A stretch of DNA of 64,000 nucleotides. Origin: Lytechinus pictus (Eukaryota). The DNA is taken from assembly GCF_037042905.1 (NCBI RefSeq), contig NC_087256.1, positions 25,854,001 to 25,918,000 on the forward strand, written 5' to 3'. The notes beneath the pieces were generated by a model. That model did not search any database. It saw only the letters and a program-made list of their open reading frames with translations, and had not been told where the DNA came from. The position numbers were made by a program, and so were the translations under genes. Positions 36,051 through 49,100 of the stretch are shown here, in pieces (position 1 is the stretch's first letter; each line of letters starts with the position of its first letter).

Positions 36051-37866
36051 TCAATAACTAGCTCCTTCATGTTTCAAGAGCCACTCCTTCAGGACGATCC
36101 CCTTATCAGACATGAAGCCTCCCAGCTTACCTCCGCTTCCCAGTACCCTGTGACATGGTACCACCAATGGGGTGGGGTTGTGCCTCATTGCCCCGCCCAC
36201 TGCCCTAGCACCATGAGGATTGCCTAGCATAGCGGCGAGCTCTCCGTAGGTCACGGTCTGTCCTGCTCGGACATCGGATGCAAGCTTCTTCCAAACTTGA
36301 GATGAGAAAGAGTCTGTAATAATCAAACAAAGTGGACTTTCATCAATTTACAAGTAAACCATAAACAGAGGATACTAGTGGTAAGCCTAATTTCTAAGTC
36401 ATTCTTAATTTGCACAATATGTTTAAAACTTCTTTCTCGTACAATTAACATACCAGTAAACTTTGGTAATACAGTTCCTGTTTTACAAAGATTTAACCAT
36501 CACATAAATTGCAATTTTAAATTATATCTTACTAACATATTCTACAGGAAAAAAATCTCTATAAAAAAGATACTTTAACATAACAATATTTCTGATATTT
36601 TGTTTGTCAAACATGGGAAGATTTTAGGAAATGTCTTTGAGGACGGCTAAAAAATTAATTTGGAAGTCAACTGCGGCAATTTTGAATTATATCAACTGGC
36701 ATAATAAATCATTCATGCACTTCATCTTCAGGTTTTTATATTGATTAGGACAAGTTTCAAACATAAATCTGATTTTAAGATGAATCACAATTTACCTGAT
36801 TTGAATTCTGTAATATGCAGAGGAGGAAGGGGAAGGCTCGTGATAGAACTAGCATCTTCAAAATATTTTCTCAGCCAATCAGAGCACTCCTTCAGGGAAG
36901 CTGACCAATGGCTTGGTTCCTCAAATACTTCAATTATTCTGATCAGAAGGTATGGAAATTTTAATAAAATGATTATTTTGCAGAGATTTGTGGTGTGGAG
37001 ATCTAAAGATTTCCAAATGGGTAGAGAATCTTATTTAAAAATTCATTAAAATGGTGGCATGAAATTAATTTTTTGAATGATCATTGATGTTTTGAAATCC
37101 ATAATTACCGGTATACCCCCACCCCCCCCCCTAATATTTGTTTTCTTTTATAATTATTATTCTTGGGGAAAAATTTCACACAAAAAATGTCTGAAGTCAT
37201 TTACTTTTTTAAGGTACACTACAGTTAAACTGTGATGATGCTTTTATTATTTCATGAAAATGAGTCTACTCTGACAACCGATTCATCAAATGAATATGCA
37301 CACGTTTCAAACTACTGTACAATGTCTTATAATAATCAAGTACCAAGTTACAGATCCTTCTGTTCATGAGAAAGGATTATTAATATTATCAAACAAATCT
37401 AAAAAAGTCTGAGATACAAACTATGCCTAGAACACAAAATACAAGATACGAAGCATACAATCAAGCCAAATATTTTATTTTTTAATTGGGGGGGGGGGGG
37501 GGTCAGCTTGATAAGGCCCCTGTTGCTGCCCTGTTGATTCAGAAGTGATCATTTATTAATTTTACTCTTTAGCACATTAACTTGCAGCTTTTTTCACAAC
37601 TCTTCCGCTGAAATCACATTCAAAGAGAAAACATAGTATGATTTGGCATGCAAATTCAAAAGCACACCAATAGCAAAGCCCCCCCCCCCCCGCTCCCACA
37701 ATTTGTAATACCGTACTCACTTTGTGCTCTGTTTTGGCAATGTCTTTGCAGCTGTCAAACTAATCTTGTGCACACCGACATCACATCCGGTCACTGTCAC
37801 ATGACCAATTGGTGTTGACAGGACAACTGTTGCCATGTCACAGGCTACTTTCTTAAGGGAAGGCAT
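36051..37866 (-). CDS. MGMT: O6-methylguanine-DNA methyltransferase, 3 coding exons, 183 aa
   Basis: Exons 37721-37866, 36796-36938, 36051-36313 (552 nt, in phase). Contains TYGELAAMLGNP..ARAVGGAM..NP.P..VPCHRV (active site) and KEWLL.HEG. N-terminal Zn-ligand-like C, C, H (ACDM..STPIG..GCDVGVH) and PLH are present. Confidence 0.96.
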
Positions 37867-37937
37867 GCTGTAAAAATGTAAAAAAATAATAAAGAAAAAG
37901 AAAAGAAAGTTGAAAACAATTAAAAATGATTATTTAA

Positions 37938-38514
37938 AGGACAAGTCCACCCCAACAAAGAGTTGATTTGAATAAAAAGAGAAAAATCCAACAAGCATAA
38001 CACTGAAAATTTCATGAAAATCGGATGTAAAATAAGAAAGTTATGATATTTAAAATTTTCGCTTGATTTCACAAAACAGTTACCGGTATATGCACATCCT
38101 GGTTGGTATGCAATTGAGGAGACTGATGACGTCATCCACTCACTATTTCTTTTGTATTTTATTATACGAAATATGAAATATTCTAATTTTCTCCTCATTG
38201 TCAAGTGATACAGCGATTAATTCCTCCCTGAACATGTGGAATTAGCATTGTTTAATACTATATGTTTCAGTCAAGTTGGTCCTTATTGTCAAAGCTTAAA
38301 AAAATTGAAATATTGTATAATTCAAACAATAAAAAACAAAAGAAATAGTGAGTGATGGACATCAACTGACTCACCTAGTTGTGCATATCACTGTTTTGTG
38401 AAAAATAAGTGAAACTTAAAAATGTCATAACTTTCTTATTTTACATCCGATTTTGATGAAATTTTCAGCACTATGCTAGTTTGATTTTTCTATTTTCCTG
38501 AGTGGACTTGACCT
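37938..38514 (+). mobile_element. Kolobok/T2-like MITE family A, copy 4
   Basis: TTAA-flanked family A copy in the MGMT 5' intron. Confidence 0.9.
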
Positions 38515-38711
38515 TTAATAATCCAACCATGCATAACTTGTCTACTGTCAAAGATACATTTAATTGGATGATGCCTGATCTGACGACGCTGATGGTATAT
38601 TGAAATATTCTTGATCTACATCATTATTTGAATGGATAAAATCACTGCCACTGGCCTTTAGGCTTTAGTCATTTGTCTTAGAAATATTAATTATTCAGGC
38701 AGTGTGGACAT

Positions 38712-38860
38712 TAGGTCTACATGTATTTCTGTCAGATCAGGGATTTGCTCCGCTGAGACTTCGTCTGGCTCTGCGGCATCCCCTCCGTCAATAGGACTAG
38801 GAGGGAAAAAAATCAGAAAATGTTGAAAAACTCCTCCGAAACAGCGGAATTATCAGTCTA
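38712..38860 (-). mobile_element. 149-bp relative of family B
   Basis: 9-bp TSD TGTGGACAT (38703-38711, 38861-38869). The minus-strand start TAGACTG..CTGTTTCGGAGGAGTTTTTCAACATTTT resembles the family B left end. Confidence 0.7.
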
Positions 38861-39231
38861 TGTGGACATGAATTATGAATGATGGGATGTGAAACGCATG
38901 CAGGAAAATGTGTCGTGATATAATAATATCCATTCAAGTCAGATTTATTCCTCAAGCAATTGCATGTTTGTAATATATTCCCATCTTGTGCGAAACAAAC
39001 CAGTGTTACAGGCTATTGAGTATTGGTTAGTAACGAAACAGTGCATAAACTAACTTGTTAAATTATGCCTAATTGAGTTTGAGTGGGCCTGGGGTCGGGT
39101 ATACGGCCACGGGTCGGAATTAAGCGGTGGGCAGCCCGGGGGCGCGGGGGGTCAGCGATCGCGCCTGTTCGTACTGTCTGTGGCGTGTGAAAAAAATGAG
39201 CTAGTTTGACTTAAAGTTTGACTCGATTTAC

Positions 39232-39330
39232 CTTGTCTGTTTACTCGAGATCGGGTAGCGACTTCAGTTATTAGTTATCAATGAATGAACAACAAGCTGT
39301 TGAATCGACTGCGGATTTTAAGCCTTGCAA
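39232..39330 (-). other. Probable MGMT non-coding first exon
   Basis: The MGMT ATG sits 1 nt after an acceptor (37868-37869), so an upstream exon is required. There is a donor AAG|GTAAAT at 39232/39231 beside a GC/CpG-rich patch (39080-39190). The 5' limit is a guess. Confidence 0.5.
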
Positions 39331-40150
39331 AAATTAATCAGAGTCACGTTGGGTCTGATACCGATACATACGCCATCACTGGCACTGCATCATCATGCAT
39401 GCTGGCTTGTTTTGTTTATTAAATATTTTAGTCTTGTGTCCATAAATCTAGGTATTCAACATTCATACTTTTTCTCTAACAAATGCATAGATAATATCGA
39501 GTAATTATTGGTGTGATAAATAAATTTCAATTTATCATCTTTTTCCATGCATCAGTATATTTTACTCTGATTTGATCAAAGAGATTTATAGATTATTTTA
39601 AATATATCAAATGGACTTCGATCAAACTAACCATTCCTATGTCGGCCTATCAAAAATAAAAACAACATACAGCTATGGAGAGCAAATAGGGACAAATATT
39701 TTTTTGCTGTGTGTAATAGAGGAGGGGTATATAATAAATAGTGATAAAACATAAATGACGATTTAATATGGTTTTATGCACAGGTTTCTTATTGTTTGCC
39801 CTCCAACATGTCTTGCTCATGGGAACTCTCTATATATTGTATAAGCCGAATGTCGGACTTTTTTTTCTATGGGCGTGTTTTTTTAGAGGTATACACATGG
39901 GTGTCGATCCCGTGTCGATTGACAATCGTGGTTGGCGGAGATGACTTACACAAATATTGTTCTTTTCATCAGTGGGAAGGTTTTTTAAAGGTTTTATAGG
40001 GGGTTCAGTGATGTAATGAGCAAAACAAATGATATGGGGGGAGGCAGGCCTGTCGGGCAAAATGCATTTTAAAAATTGGTAAATGGCCAGCTAGGGCACA
40101 AGGGGGGCACAAGTAGGCCTACCACATGCGCTTGTTTGCAGGGAGGGGAG

Positions 40151-40645
40151 CCCGGGGGGGGGGGGCATGCACTCGACCAAAAAAGTGGTAGGGGTGTGCC
40201 GCGGGCGAGGCAAAAAACGGGGGCCTTGGAGCGGGCTTATTTTAAAAAGGAGGGTCCTCGGAACAGGCTTCGGAACTACAAATGTTTGTGAAAACGGGGG
40301 TCCTCGGAACGGATCTCCGTATCTCTGTGAGTGCGTATGCATCCATATGGAACGGGCAATCGTGCATAACGCAGCTAGCGCGGCCTCCGCCGGGTGCGCT
40401 CGCGCTTAGCCGATGCTGGTCGAAAAGCGCTCTACGGCCGCTTTTCACCAAAATTGTAGCGGATCAATGCGACCGGAACGGCGTAACGAAAAATATGCGA
40501 AGCTTTGGAGCGGCTTTCTTTGTTCTTTTTCTCAATAAGACAAAAATGCTATGCCTTGGAACGGAAATTTGAGTGTAAAAATGGGGGTCCCCTCCGCGGC
40601 ACATACCCACTATGCATTATATACTGAGTGCCCCCCCCCCCGGGG
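40151..40645. mobile_element. Non-autonomous DNA transposon with CCCGGG termini (EnSpm/CMC-like)
   Basis: TIR CCCG(G)n..GCACTC...GTGTGCCGCGG / CCGCGGCACA...GAGTG(C)nGGG; short (G)AG duplication. Confidence 0.7.
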
Positions 40646-40955
40646 AGGGTAGATCGAGATGATTAAAACGTCAACATTATAGCATTTCATTCTCGTTCAT
40701 CGTGGATTTTTTTTCCCCTTCCATCTGTTTATAACAGTTTTCGAAAGGAACGGTTTCACTAAAAAAAAAAAAAAAAACATATAGATAAATTACCAGAAAA
40801 AATGAGGTGCCATGCGTATTGATCTGCACTATACCACCATCATGATCATTACAGGGCCCTCCTTATACTGGTCATAATTTTGATTCATCATAATGCTCTG
40901 CCCGTAAATTGTCGGGGGATGGATACAGCCGGGCCTCCCCACCCGAACTTTGGTG

Positions 40956-41238
40956 CACTGGCGGATCCAGGGGGGGGGGGGGGGCAAAGCCGACCCGCCC
41001 CTCCCCCTTTGAGAGGCACAATTAAAATTTGTAGTCTAAACATGCTGTTAAAACAGAAGTATGCCCCCCCCCCCCTTTAAAAGTGAAGACCTATTTTTTT
41101 TCTTTTTTTTGCTTGTCAAATCTTTTTGTGGACGAAATGTATATTTTTTGTTGAAAATCATTTTTTTGTGTTTGTCAAATTATTCCTGGGGAAAATGTGC
41201 CCCCCCCCCCCGTTTGGAAAATTCTGGATCCGCCCCTG
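40956..41238. mobile_element. hAT-like MITE
   Basis: TIR CACTGGCGGATCCAG / CTGGATCCGCCCCTG; 8-bp TSD CTTTGGTG / CTTTGGGG (7 of 8 match). Confidence 0.8.
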
Positions 41239-42550
41239 CTTTGGGGAATGGCCCGCCACCAGCCCCGAGGATCGAATCCCATGCACCGGCCTGTCTACAA
41301 AAGAACCGGGCTAATATATTTCTAATATGATTCTGTTGAGGGCAATGTATAAGGTCAGTCAAGAGAATTCCAGCGACTCCCTCAGCTATCGATCAGCCCC
41401 CAGACCAACTTTCATGATGCGTTAGAAAAGGCAGTCCTGGTAAATGCCATTTAAAAATTGCTCAGATGGTTTCATATTTGCCCCATGAAATCCCGGACCC
41501 GTCTAAAAATCTAGTTCACGGAACCTTTCCCTTGGGGAGCGGGTGAGGGGGGGGGGGTTCCTGCATATAGCATTTTCTTCTATACAGTATAGGAGTACAT
41601 TGACACACCTCTTGAACTTTTCAATTTTTCTCCTCTTTTCAAGCTCCCTCTTTTTTGAAAAATCTTAAAGGGGTGGGGTCGGGTGGTCTCCCCTGCTCCC
41701 TCCACCTGCGGAAGCACCAGCATCAATTCTTATCTATATAAATGAAATATAATGCCAAATATATTTCTAGGCATGATTGTCCATTGCAGACGAGTTGTGA
41801 TTCGCACTGGAGCAGGGCTCTTTTTTCAAAGGTTTTTTTTTTTGGGGGGGGGTGGGGGGCAGTTGCGATTGGCAGGGGCAGGGCTCGATTTTCTTCAAAG
41901 GGTGACTTTTGATTTTTTTTGGGGGAAAGGGTGGGTGGCTCTTCGACAGTATCCTGCATGCCCCCCCCCCCCCCATCGATCATGAGTAATAATTGTAACT
42001 TCATGGCCCGCCATCCATTGACCGAGGTAGATAAGATTGAAAGAAACTTTCTTTTGATTAATTATTTCCTTTTTTATTTTTACGGCGACGAAACGGTTTA
42101 TTTCCATTTTTTTATTTATTTATTCGTTTCTGCATGTCATGACAATGTACCGACAGTGTGACCATCACAAAATGTTAATACATTAAATTTTACATTAAAA
42201 ATATAATATGAAGTATAATTATGATCATTTACATTAACTGATTATATGAAAGTGGCAATGCAGACATGCAGTGGTATGACAATACAAGCAGATGCTTGAG
42301 CCGTTGTCACACATTTGGAAATATAAAATACATGCATGTATATTTAAAAAAATACTAAGAAAGTCAAACGAACTAACTAATGATACACACAGATAAAAAC
42401 CAAACAAACAAATTATGTTTCACAACTATAAATACAAATATTTAGTGTGAGGCGTAATAATTTACTTTAAATTATATCAATACAACAAAATATTTGTCTA
42501 GCGAGAGAGTTACATCTTAAAGACAAGTATGTGTTTAACTGCACTTTAAT

Positions 42551-42837
42551 GGCAATTCGGCTATAATAGACCACCTCGTCTACTATCATGTGGTCTATCA
42601 TCATTTCGTCTGATAACCAGTTGATCAAATAGCCATTTAGTCCATACCATTTAGACTGAGTGTTAATTGGGCAAAATTAATGAAAATAATATGGATATTA
42701 GACCAAATGAGACGAAATGGTGATTAGACGAAGCCTGATTATTGGACCAAATTTATTTGACCAAACGGTTGTTAGACGAAATGTTGATGGACAGAATGGC
42801 GTTAGACTCAATGAAGGTATATACACCGAATTGGCAA
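42551..42837. mobile_element. Degenerate MITE built of short TAGACNAA units
   Basis: Ends GGCAATTCGG / CCGAATTGGC; units occur as TCGTCTA/TGGTCTA on the left and TAGACCA/TAGACGA on the right. Confidence 0.55.
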
Positions 42838-42899
42838 TACCGATGAAACTTACAGATCGAACCGCTCTCCTGATAAATGGCTAAATAGCATTTTGTTTT

Positions 42900-43100
42900 G
42901 TGGAACTTCGGGCTGCCCATATTCATTGAATGAGGTCACGGATTTGATGACGTCGGCACACCGGCAAATCCATTTCAAGTGTACACAGCAGACGCCCACC
43001 ACCAAATCACGGATTCGTAATCCTTGATCATCTAATTGAATTTTGTGTATTTCGTATCACTTTTTCTTCAAAAATACTAGATTTTGCATAAGCCACCATC
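42900..43100 (+). promoter_or_regulatory. CLINT1 promoter/5' UTR
   Basis: CpG-rich segment with a CRE-like TGACGTC (~42948) and good Kozak context GCCACCATCATG at the start codon. Confidence 0.5.
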
Positions 43101-46100
43101 ATGCAGTCGGCTATGTGGAAGATCCGTGAATTAACGGACAAAGTGTAAGTTACTACTCTTTTTATCCATACGCTAGAATGGTAATCGGTGATGACGTTCG
43201 TTGCCATCGCTATCGTATCTCTGTATGCTATTCCGCCGGTACAAACGCCGTGCTATAATTTTAAATGCTGTGTGCTTGCTGCGGCGCGGCGGTGGCTACG
43301 CCCGCCCACATTCATTCAGTCTGTCTGCTGCTCAAACTTAAAGTAAATAATCAAATCAAATGAACCAACAACAAATTCATTATGTAAGACAGGTATAGAC
43401 ATGAGTTATGATAATTATATTTATATTAGAATGAACGGCAGTGACGTGAAAATGCGCCGAGCTGAGCTGAGATGACATTTGTCAATTTAGACTTTAGTTT
43501 AGTTGTTATAGTTAGGCCTAGTGACTAGTGACAATAGTGTAACTGTAAGTTACGTTACACTCAGTCATTTATTTTAATTGAAAAAAATAATGACTGTCAT
43601 TGTCAATTTAACAAAGTTACAATACTAAGTTATACATGCAAATGTCCATCATTCTCAGCCTGCCGCATTTGCCAATGCAATGGCAAAAAAAAAGTTTCAT
43701 GAATTAATTTGACAAGGAAATTAGAAAATAGTCGTGTTACTTGTTACTGTTAGATCTATCGTTCATTGTCGTTTATAGACCTAAAAAGTTAACTGTTTTA
43801 GTGTTTGATCTCCAACTTAGTAGTATGATGGTGGGCCCTAAGTCTGCACCTAACAATTTGAGTTAAGATTTAACATGGATTTCTTCTTATTTCACAAAAT
43901 CTTTTGGATAATAATGTTCCTTATATTATTGAGAGTAAGTATACCAAATTTCTCATTAAAAAATGAAAGAAAATATAGGATTTTCTTGAAAAAACCTTGG
44001 ACAGTCATTTTCAGATTGAAAAAAAAAATGGTACCCCATGTCTGCGCACTCATTCACTTTGCACACGATTCAGAGATTTTGATTAGAAAGGCTGTATTTT
44101 GAGGCCGTCACATGAAATGCCCTGAATTCATTATTTTTTCACCATTTTGAGTCGGATTTTTTTAAGAATACCTGTCTATGTATTGCATGTGTAAAGTTCG
44201 TGCTCGTTGCGTATCTTCTTTTACTAGAATCGCGCAGATACGCGGGTGCGCAGACTTGGGAGACCGCGCAGACATGGGGGAACTGACCATACAGTTACTG
44301 AGTTTGAAATGTTTTTGAAAGGTGAATTTAATGTTTATTATTAAATGTTAGAATTAGCTTAACTCTGATTCTGAGTGACGTTGCAGTTGCAGAATAATAA
44401 TCTACTGTACCAAAATGTTTCTAACGTTAATCGTTAGGCCTAGATTCTACCTAAATAGTTGTATTCAAATGGCCGTTAAAAATTCCTATTTCGACAACTC
44501 AACAGACTCAGTTTTAAAGGAGAATGAAACTCTTGGAGCAAGTTAGCTTTTGTGAAAGCAGAAAAATCAAAGAATAAGATCAACAAAACTTTGAGTAAAA
44601 TAGGACTAGCAATAAAAGAGTTATGAGCATTTGAATGTCGAGATCACTAATGCTATGGAGATCCTCCCATTGGCAATGCGACCAAGATCTGTGATGTCAC
44701 ACACGTACAACTCTCCCATTTGGACACTGAAAATATACCCCAAAACATCTCTTTTTGCTCATTCTAATCATATGACAAACGATTCATCAATGATATAATG
44801 TTGTGAAACCTCTGTACTTGTCATCTCATAAAGAGAACACCTCACCTTGTGATAGACTCTATAAAAGTGAGAATATAAGTTAAATAAGTACTAAAGTAAT
44901 GAGGGAGTTGTACGTGTGTGATATCACAGATCTTGGTCGCATTGCCGATGGGAGGATCTACATGGCACTAGTGATCTCAATATTCAAATGCTCATAACTT
45001 TCTTATTATTCATTCAATCTTCCTCAAACTTTCAACAATATGTTTCTTTGATTTTTCTCTTTGATATGGATTCAGCTGGTTTCAAGGGTTTCATTCTCCT
45101 TTAAGGGGAGTGAGAGTGATCACTCGCCTTTTCAGGTAGAGCAATTTATCACTCGCCTCAGCAAAATTGATTTTTTGTGATATGAAATGATTAATGCATT
45201 TATGCAGAAAAATTAGAAAACAGGCAACATCATCTTACGCATTGAATTGCTTGTAGACTCTACATTTTATTACGTATTAGGTAATCTCTGTTCTGACATA
45301 TGAATGTTAGAACAAGAGTGTCGGTCAATGATTGAACTGTAGTGTAGGCCTAGTGTTGGAGCCAATCTTGAAAACCTCATTCTCAGTCAAATTAAGAAGA
45401 CACGAAAAAGCATTAACACACATTGCAAGAATGACAAGAAAAAGTTAATTGAGATAAATGTTGCCTATACAACTGATTGTTTGTCTCCTTAGTTGTGGTT
45501 TGTATCTTAAGTAGGTACAATCATGAACGCTAGAGGGCGCTGCGCGTAAACGGCGCTTTTTTTGCATGGACCGTTTTGCCGCCGATAAGCTGCTATCGTT
45601 GAGATTGCCGAGTGTATTGGCAAATGTAAGGGTGGATGAATCTACTCTTATTTTTAAAGTGATTTGCCCAATAGGTATGATGTGTATGAAAATTTCATCA
45701 TGGATACTTACGTCATCGTCAACGAACAATGGGAGAGCTTCAACGAATAGTTTTGACTGTCAAATTGGTCTGGAATATCACTGGTAAGTACAATTTTCCG
45801 TTGAATTTTCGTATTTTTCGACGATATTATGTGAAATACGATATATATCCATCAAGATAGAAGTGAAAATGTGGTATTTTCTGAAAGCTGAATTCATTCT
45901 GGACTTGATTTTTCTTTCCACTTTGTCGCATGACATAGCGGTTTTAAGATATTGAGGTTGGAACAGGGGCTTCCCCTGGCGTCCCGGGGTGGATTTTGAG
46001 GAAATTCACGAGTTCGAGATTGCGTGTGAGCCGGGTGGCTATGCGTACGCCTATGGGCTACACACGTAATAAAGTTAGCCTAGCCAAACGAAACGGAAGG

Positions 46101-49100
46101 ATAATTATTTTCAAAGGTTTTAGTGATTCGATGGATTTATTTAATAGGAAATTTCATTGTTTGACCATAATGATTATATTAATAATATTGATAAATGGAA
46201 GTTGGACTTACCTTAATTAAGTTTATTGTCAATGTCAGACTTCACTTGGAGTTGGACTAGCGAATCTGGGGAGTCATTCTGACTTTTGAAGTTTGAATCA
46301 TCGACATCGCTTTTGGCTGTGCTGGGGCTTAATGTCATTGCACTTCATAATCTTTTTCTCTTCAAATTGGCAATACAATATTAATAATAATGAAAAAGAG
46401 ACCTTTAAAAAAAAATCTGTAGGTGTTGCCAACACAGCAATATAGGCCTAAATGTTTTTTTTTTCAATTTAGGGGCCCAGGGGTATGTTATGTGCAGACA
46501 AAGTTTGTTTTTGTTATTCATGAAATTGGCAACATATAGGCCTCAGTTACCTTGATTCAGCCCAGCCATTGAATCTGTGTTATTGTTAAAAATAAATTAA
46601 ATATTGCTCAATATAGGTTTGAACTGGAAGTGCATCTCTTTACAATGACTTTTTCATATTTATGTTTTATTTTTTTAGATGAAGCTTGAGCACCGATCCT
46701 ACCAATGGCATCATACCAAACTATTAGAACAGCTGATCGATGATGTTTCGTGTACATTTTCCTGGCTACTTGGCAGTACTTGCTTTTACCATCCTTGTCA
46801 ATATCCATCCTGGCCTATGACCTGGTCTACACTACACTCTACACTCAAGTGCAGTCTTTGCTGCAAAGTTGTTTTAAAATTCCAAGAAAGAAATAAAATT
46901 GATTTACTCTCAAGATAATTGGTGATGGAGATGAAAGAGAAAGAAAATGAGATCATGTTTGATGCACTTGTGGGTGGATGTGGTTTTTAATGGACCTCTA
47001 TATTATATATTTTTATGATGCATGTATGTGTGAGGGTGGAGTGAAATGGGATGAGAGGTTAGACATTTCTTTTTACTCTTTGTCATTGCCTTTAAAAGGA
47101 AAATACAATTTGTTTGTTTTACGTAACAATCTCACAGGAATTTTACAACTTGTTTTATTATCATTATTAAAAAAATTTCTTTAAGTATATTGACCAAATG
47201 GAGGACTGAAAATGCCAATTTACAATCTCATTACAAAGTAAAATAGTGTTGGATAACAGAAGGAAAAATGATGGAATAAGAGAGATTGCAGAAGAGCTGA
47301 AAAGTACCCATTGTAGAATGAGAAAGTAGAGATTGAGGGGGGGGGTGTATTAAAAAAAATATATATATTATAAATCCCAAAGTAAATATTCTATACAATT
47401 CATGTATTGGTATATTTCATACAAATGTAGAGAAAGGAAAATATGATATTTTAGCAAGTCAATTTGATATAGAACAATTAAAATGTAATTTAGAGGCATG
47501 GAGGTCCCCCCCCCATTGTTTCTTAACAAAAGGGTATTATTGTTGATTTGTGGGATCTTTCTATTTTGTACTTAAATAATAGTACTTAGGCCAGAAATAT
47601 CCTTCAACTGTCTCCTACATCTTTGATGGTAGTCCATTAAATGTGTGTTTCTGACAGAATTGAGTTACTTCAATCCAAACCCTTGATGAAAGAAGGCATC
47701 CTTGAATGTTGAAATCATGATTCTTTGCCCATTTTTTTGCATGAATTAAATATACTATTTCATAAATCCATTTAAATGTAGATACTAAAACTTGGGCAAA
47801 GATTCATTTGAAGTTGGGGGACGGGAGAGTGAAATTTGAAGTGTATACAGCTTGGTGGCCAGTGTTGCAACTACAGTACCTGTAAAGAGAAAATAAAATC
47901 AAGTAAAATTTAGGAAATTAAAAAAATGCTCAAGTCTGATAGCTTTGAGTAAATTTTGCCCACAATTCAGCCAATAAAATAATTAATGGAAAATAGGTAA
48001 AATTATCATGGTAATATCCCCAAGAACAGTAATGATTAAGATTTTAAAAAGTAGTTTTGGCCATTGGCAGCGGAAGGATTTTTTTTTTTTTTTGGGGGGG
48101 GGGGTCCACCTGAATTTTTGGGATGGAGACAGGTAACACATTTGACTGCAAAAAAAAATAGTAATCAACCAAAATTGTATGATGAACCACCAAAAAATTT
48201 TGACAAGAAAAAAAAAGGTTATCAACAAAAATATTAGGGGGGACTGCCCTCCCCCCTCAAAGTCGAGGGAACCTGTCCCGTGCTTCCGCCACCTATGGTT
48301 GTGGGTCTAGGACCCCCCCCCCCTGGAAAAAAATCATAAATGAAATAACAGATTTAAAAAATCCCTACTGATAGCCACAATGACTGAAAAAGGAAAATGT
48401 ATAGATCTTTATAAAAAAAAAAACCCTGCTTAGATTCGATGATGTTGTTAACCCTGATTTTGCATGTTTACGCTTATAGGCCCTACTTACCAAAACTCAT
48501 TTCAAGGGGTGGATTGGGGCATGATATTCCAGGGATCTTCAGCTTGTTGCTCCAGTGACATACATGAGAGAAAGAAACAAAAAAACTTTTTGGAATGGAA
48601 GTTCAGAAATAAAAAATGTAATTTCATGATAATGGTTAAGTTGAGTAATTTATCCCACAATTAAGCAGATAAAACTTTTTCTTAAACTTGTAATTAGTAA
48701 TAATTAAAATGAGTATTTCCCAGAGCCCTGCCCCCATCTGTAAACGGTGCAATGATACAGAATAAAAATAAAAATTGGCAACTTTGAACTTATTAACCCC
48801 CCCCCCCCCCCCTTTGACCACCGACAACGAGAGGTGAATCTTGGTAAACATGAATGACTCATACTCAGTATGCACGGTAACGTGACGGAACTATTTTCGA
48901 CATCGTTCACAAATTAATTTCGAAGTAAGCCAATAACGAAGCATAAAAACATGGAATAATCCGAGTTTCATCACTGGCATGTCAATTCAAGGTAAGTATT
49001 ATCACCAACTTTGATTATGATATTACGGAAATACACTCGGCAGCTCTCAAATGGCATATTTAACATGCAAAGAGAGCGAGCTTGGCGTCTATTGCAAGTC

